Of a DNA stretch of 64,000 bases, positions 59,433 through 64,000 are shown piece by piece. The translations under genes and the position numbers were made by a program. The notes under the pieces were generated by a model that had not been told where the DNA came from, made no database searches, and saw nothing but the letters and a program-made list of their open reading frames with translations. Within the stretch, counting starts at the first letter, position 1, and every line of letters starts with the position of its first letter. The stretch spans positions 32,001 to 96,000 of the forward strand of contig JBCBUK010000006.1 in NCBI GenBank assembly GCA_039818205.1, written 5' to 3'. This DNA is from Verrucomicrobiota bacterium. GTDB lineage: Bacteria; Verrucomicrobiota; Verrucomicrobiia; Opitutales; Cerasicoccaceae.

Positions 59433-61289
59433 ATGAATGCGCGTTGCTTTACCTTGCTGGCCTTGGTGGCTAGCTGCTTGGTTTGCATCAGTCCGATCTC
59501 GGCTCAACCCGACGACGAATTTGTCCCAATTACCTCGGACCAAAACCCGGCAGAGATTGCTGGAATGCTAGAGGAGATTACCGTGATCGAACGGGGAGCT
59601 GATGACTACTATTTGCTCCATCCGGCAGATACCAGTAGCCCGCGCGATACGCTTATCAGTTTCCTGAAGCTCACTCAGCGTTATTATGATTTAATTAGCG
59701 CCGATGACTTTTCTGCCAGTGATCTGGCGGAGCGCGCTCACTTGTTTGAGCAGATGGAAGGTTTTTTTGACCTTCGTGAAGTGCCGCCTTCATTCCGAGA
59801 CGACTACGCCTCGGCCACAGCGGTCTACTTGCGCGAGGTCTTGGACCGGGTGGGGATCCCGGAAATCGAGGACATTCCTGATGAAGAAAGCATGCACGCG
59901 GCAATCGAGGACGGTTATCCGCCGCGTTGGCAAATGCCGAATACACCCTTCGAGATTATTCGCATAGAGGATGGCCAGGAGGAAGGGAACTACCTTTTTA
60001 CACTGGAGACGAGCAAGAGCGCCCGGCCGTTGTTTTATCATGTTCGCCACCTGCCTTACGTTACCGATGATGCGGAAGATTTCTACTATTACTACTTTCT
60101 CACGCCAAACCCATTGATCCCGCGGGCTTGGGTGGAATCGTTGCCTGCGTGGATGCTTTATGATTTTATGGAGCAGACAATCTGGCAATGGCTGTCGATG
60201 ATTGTTGTTCTGGTTCTGGCAGCCTCACTCGTTCTAGGGCTGCATCGATTGGTAAGACGGATTTCAGGTGATTGGCCTGCGGTCGCTCGGCATTCGGTGT
60301 TTCTTGTGGTTCCGGCCAGTGCGATCGCAAGCGCTTACGGTGCCCACAACCTAATCGACGATAAGATTTTCATCACGGGTGCGGTCTTTCAAGTTGTCGT
60401 CTACCTCATCTATACCTCGATCTTGGTGAATGCAGTCATCATTGCATTCGTTCTGGGCACCGTGCTTTCAGATTTGGTTTCGGGGTCGGAAAAGTTAAAA
60501 GATCGAACCTTTGATGCGCATTTGGCACGTTTAGGCATCCGCATCGTCAGTATTATCGCCTGCATCACGATATTGATCGAGGGATTACACTATGTCGGTT
60601 TTTCGATTGCCACGGTCATCGCTGGGGCTGGGGTAACGGGGCTCGCGGTGGCACTCGCCGCGCAAAATACCCTGCGGAACATATTTGGTAGCCTCATGAT
60701 CCTGCTGGACAAACCCTTCCGGGTTGGCCAGCGCGTGAAGATTGGCAGTGCGGATGGGACGGTTGAAGAAATCGGTCTGCGGTCCACGAAGATTCGCTTG
60801 CTCAATGGCCATATGACCACGATTCCTAACGACAAGGTAGCGGATGCCGAAATCGAAAATATCGGCATGCGCCCATACATTCGACGAGTCTCCAGTATAA
60901 CGATCACTTACGATACACCGCAGGAGAAGATTCCGCTAGCGGTCGATATTATACGCGAGGTGTTGTCCGTCCCGGAGGGCTATGATGACAGCTCAGGCAA
61001 GCCCCATCCAATGGCGGCGGTCAATCATCCTGATTTTCCACCGCGAGTATTTTTCAATGAGCTGAATGCCGACTCGTTGAACATATTAATGATCTATTGG
61101 CACCATCCGCCGCAGTATTGGGATTTCCTTGAACTGAGCCAGCAGATCAACGAAGCTATTATGAAACGGTATGGAGAAGCAGGCATCGAGTTTGCGTTTC
61201 CAACTCAAACGATACACATTGCGGGCGAAAATGCGGTTCCCTTTCCTGGTATCCAGGGAGACGATGGGGACGTAGCGAGTACCAGCTGA
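59433..61289 (+). CDS. MscS-family mechanosensitive channel with periplasmic N-domain
   Basis: [53 protein letters not shown]. Confidence 0.92.
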   Translation: MNARCFTLLALVASCLVCISPISAQPDDEFVPITSDQNPAEIAGMLEEITVIERGADDYYLLHPADTSSPRDTLISFLKLTQRYYDLISADDFSASDLAERAHLFEQMEGFFDLREVPPSFRDDYASATAVYLREVLDRVGIPEIEDIPDEESMHAAIEDGYPPRWQMPNTPFEIIRIEDGQEEGNYLFTLETSKSARPLFYHVRHLPYVTDDAEDFYYYYFLTPNPLIPRAWVESLPAWMLYDFMEQTIWQWLSMIVVLVLAASLVLGLHRLVRRISGDWPAVARHSVFLVVPASAIASAYGAHNLIDDKIFITGAVFQVVVYLIYTSILVNAVIIAFVLGTVLSDLVSGSEKLKDRTFDAHLARLGIRIVSIIACITILIEGLHYVGFSIATVIAGAGVTGLAVALAAQNTLRNIFGSLMILLDKPFRVGQRVKIGSADGTVEEIGLRSTKIRLLNGHMTTIPNDKVADAEIENIGMRPYIRRVSSITITYDTPQEKIPLAVDIIREVLSVPEGYDDSSGKPHPMAAVNHPDFPPRVFFNELNADSLNILMIYWHHPPQYWDFLELSQQINEAIMKRYGEAGIEFAFPTQTIHIAGENAVPFPGIQGDDGDVASTS

Positions 61290-61302
61290 GAAAAGAAAAT
61301 CA

Positions 61303-61863
61303 ATGAGCGCTAACAATCAACGCGTCTTGGAACGCGACGTCGAAGGAACAGTTATCCCAGCCGGGGATAAGGTAACGCTGCCCGCTGGGACCAAAGTCGA
61401 TATCACGCATCGGCTCGGTGGAAATTTCACGGTGGTCTGCGACTACGGAATGTTCCGCATTCTGGGAACCGATGCGGATGCCCTCAATGAAGAGGTGCCG
61501 GATTCCGTGAAAACGGCATCGAGTGCCACGAGCGAAGACAGCCACGAAGGCCCGCCGGCCGAGGAGGCGATTTGGGATGCGCTCAAATCTGTTTATGACC
61601 CGGAGATTCCGGTTAATATAGTGGACCTCGGCTTGGTCTACTCGATGGAGATCATCCCCGAGGAGAACCTCCACCGCATCGAAGTGCAGATGACCTTGAC
61701 CGCTCCTGGTTGTGGCATGGGCCCGGCGATTGCGGAAGACGCCAAGACGCGCGTGGAAACCGTGCCAGGTGTGGCCGAAGCCAAGGTTGATATCGTGTGG
61801 GACCCGCCCTGGACCCAGGACATGATCTCCGAAGAAGGTAAAATGGAGCTGGGTCTTATCTGA
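61303..61863 (+). CDS. sufT: Fe-S maturation protein SufT (DUF59)
   Basis: N-terminal RD.....IP.G..V.L..G...[37 protein letters not shown]. Confidence 0.92.
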   Translation: MSANNQRVLERDVEGTVIPAGDKVTLPAGTKVDITHRLGGNFTVVCDYGMFRILGTDADALNEEVPDSVKTASSATSEDSHEGPPAEEAIWDALKSVYDPEIPVNIVDLGLVYSMEIIPEENLHRIEVQMTLTAPGCGMGPAIAEDAKTRVETVPGVAEAKVDIVWDPPWTQDMISEEGKMELGLI

Positions 61864-61990
61864 TTCAGATCCAGTTCTGCTGCCCGAAGATGCTCTCGCC
61901 CAGGAAATTATCCGGATGGGAGGAACTTCCTAGCGCCAAAATAGTCATTTTTGATTGGTAAATTTCTAACTCTAGCCTAACGGTGTTCCT

Positions 61991-62614
61991 ATGATCGAAT
62001 CGAAAGCAAAAACTCCCTGGTTCAAGTGCGAAGAAGAAGAGAAGAGCAGCGATGCCAGCAAGGCAGGCGTGCAGATGCTCATCGAGAAGAAGTTCCTCGA
62101 AGAACGAAAGATTTTCCTGTGGGGTGAAGTCAACGACGAGTCCATGAAGATTGTCATGGAGAAGATGCTTTACCTGGAGGCCGACAAGCCTGGCGAAGAA
62201 ATCAAGTTTTACATCAACTCCCCCGGTGGATCGATCACCGCAGGGATGGCCGTCTATGACACCATGCAGATGATCTCCTCACCGATCGCGTGTATCGTTA
62301 CCGGCATGGCAGCATCCATGGGGTCCATTTTGCTTTCGGGCGGCACCAAGGGGCGGCGTTTCGTCTACCCACACGCTCGTGTTCTTATTCACCAGCCGTT
62401 GATTATGGGCCGCATCGTGGCACCTGCTGTCGATATCAACATCCAGGCGGAGGAGATGGAGAAACTGCGGGAGGAGTTGAACCGTGTCCTCGCCGAAGCC
62501 TCCGGTCAGCCGATGGAAAAGATTCGCCAAGATACCGACCGCGACTTCTACCTGACCGCAGAAGAGTCCATCGAATACGGTCTCGCCGACGCGATCGCCG
62601 AAAAGATCGACTAA
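61991..62614 (+). CDS. clpP: ATP-dependent Clp protease proteolytic subunit
   Basis: YINSPGG, GMAASMG (Ser), IHQP (His), DRD (Asp), EYGL.D. Confidence 0.95.
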   Translation: MIESKAKTPWFKCEEEEKSSDASKAGVQMLIEKKFLEERKIFLWGEVNDESMKIVMEKMLYLEADKPGEEIKFYINSPGGSITAGMAVYDTMQMISSPIACIVTGMAASMGSILLSGGTKGRRFVYPHARVLIHQPLIMGRIVAPAVDINIQAEEMEKLREELNRVLAEASGQPMEKIRQDTDRDFYLTAEESIEYGLADAIAEKID

Positions 62615-62633
62615 TTACGATTTCGGGTGGTTC

Positions 62634-63071
62634 CTAGTCGCCGACTGGAATCACCATTACCGGACAGTTGGCTTGCTGAATCACGCTTTCTTCGGTGCTT
62701 CCGGCGATGAGCCGATGCCAGATGCCGTGGCCGTGTGAACCGATGACAATCAACTCCGCCTGGAGGTCATCGGCCTCCTTGACGAGCATTTCCGCCGTTG
62801 GCCCTTGAATGAGCATTGCGGTGGCATCGATGCCGTCCGCATTGAGTTCCTCCGCGCGAATGCGGAGGTCTTCGTGTTCCTTTCGCAGGTGCTCGGCACG
62901 GAACTGGCGCTCGTTGTCCGGCCCCGCATCGTAGCCGACAAAGGATGGATCTGGCGCGGCAACGTGGACTAGCCATAGCTTCGCTCCCCGCAGCTGCGCT
63001 TCCTTGGCGGCGGTGGTGACGACTCCCTTGCCCGCATCTGAAAAATCGACTGCGCAAATGACAACACTCAT
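62634..63071 (-). CDS. Universal stress protein (UspA family)
   Basis: AVDFS, LVHV, IVIGSHG, GS..E.V....CPV..IP. Confidence 0.93.
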   Translation of the reverse strand: MSVVICAVDFSDAGKGVVTTAAKEAQLRGAKLWLVHVAAPDPSFVGYDAGPDNERQFRAEHLRKEHEDLRIRAEELNADGIDATAMLIQGPTAEMLVKEADDLQAELIVIGSHGHGIWHRLIAGSTEESVIQQANCPVMVIPVGD

Positions 63072-63230
63072 GTTGTTATTCTGGAGCGGATATACCTCGA
63101 GGGCAAGGAGTTTCGGGGTTCGAGGCTTGATGTTGGCGCGGAACCTTGAGGGTGATCAGTCACGGCCACAAAACGATAATTTGGCTAGAAAACGTTGGCC
63201 TTTAAGGCGGCGTACCGGTATCCATTTTCT

Positions 63231-64000
63231 ATGATTCGACATCGTTTGTTCACAGAAAAATGCCTCACCCGACTAGTCGCGGGTTTCGTTGCTGTCGTTT
63301 TGCTTTCGGTTGAAATGAGTGCCCAGGCACCACTGGGTTTTCGGCGCGCCTCTTTTCTCACGGATATCAGTGGTTTAGCCTGGATCGACGGTGATCGCTT
63401 TTTGGCTGTCCATGACGCGAAAGCCGACGACGAAAAACTCGATCCGCGAATCAGCATTCTCTATCTTCCATCAAACGATACGGGTATCCGGTTCCGGTCC
63501 CGATCCCTCCGATATCGCGGGGAGCTGAGCAACGATCTGGAAAGCATTGCCGCCATCCCAGGAACAAACCAGTACCTGCTTTGCGAGAGTGGCGACAGCG
63601 ATTTTGATGGCTCGGATGACGAGCTGCGGATTTACAAGGTGGAGGTCGTGCGGAATTCGGTGAGGATTTTGGATCGAATCAATTGGCCTGCGCCCATCTT
63701 CAATGTCGAGGCCACCACTATTGGAAAATTGGGTGACGCCTACGTATTCATTTATGCCGAGCGGGCCGAAGGTGAGCCGACTACTGAAGTCAACTGGGCA
63801 CCGTTCAACCCAAATGATTTAACCTTTGGCGAGTTCCAATCGGTGACCTATGAAAACCCAGATCCAGATTCATTCAACCGGGCGATTGTTGGTTTCAGCC
63901 TAAGCAGCGACAATGAGATTTACTCTGTCGCGTCCTACGATCCTGACGTCGATAATGGGCCGTTTGCGGGTGGCGTTTACCGAATTGGTGTGCTCGAAGA
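63231..64000 (+). CDS. Exported beta-propeller-like protein (phytase-like/SdiA-regulated-like), truncated by the window end
   Basis: Translated by hand from ATG 63231: signal peptide, DISGLAW, FLAVHD, DLESIA, NVEA. Not in the ORF track, consistent with no stop before the window end. Confidence 0.6.
   Translation, partial: MIRHRLFTEKCLTRLVAGFVAVVLLSVEMSAQAPLGFRRASFLTDISGLAWIDGDRFLAVHDAKADDEKLDPRISILYLPSNDTGIRFRSRSLRYRGELSNDLESIAAIPGTNQYLLCESGDSDFDGSDDELRIYKVEVVRNSVRILDRINWPAPIFNVEATTIGKLGDAYVFIYAERAEGEPTTEVNWAPFNPNDLTFGEFQSVTYENPDPDSFNRAIVGFSLSSDNEIYSVASYDPDVDNGPFAGGVYRIGVLE

Overview
Gene-dense bacterial chromosome segment of about 61 CDS. It most likely comes from a Verrucomicrobiota (Opitutales-like) genome, inferred from PEP-CTERM, TIGR02597-, TIGR03790-, SHD1- and Verru_Chthon-cassette-type proteins. 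Most of it is core or housekeeping DNA: infC, rpsA, hrpB, xylB, hslO, tatD, trhO, lepB, clpP, crcB, a split queC-queD/queE/queF cluster, and a sufC-sufB-sufD-sufT cluster with unrelated genes interleaved. I saw no rRNA, tRNA, CRISPR array, integrase or transposase. The best candidate for an undescribed system is a translationally coupled operon at 47509-44062 (-). It encodes a nucleosidase/phosphorylase, an SplB-like radical SAM enzyme that appears to lack the canonical H-donor Cys, and an SDR-fold protein that has lost its catalytic residues and carries a long disordered Arg-rich, histone-H1-like tail. It lies next to the 7-deazaguanine (que) genes. Other leads: an Irr/PerR-like Fur-family regulator with a perfect 7-1-7 ICE-like box heading the suf cluster; an ATG-start infC coupled by TAATG to a near-leaderless uORF; a 38-aa internal duplication in the TIGR02597-like protein; and a lipoprotein with eight hendecad repeats and a C-terminal TM anchor. 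All family calls come from motif recognition by eye; no database searches were run.
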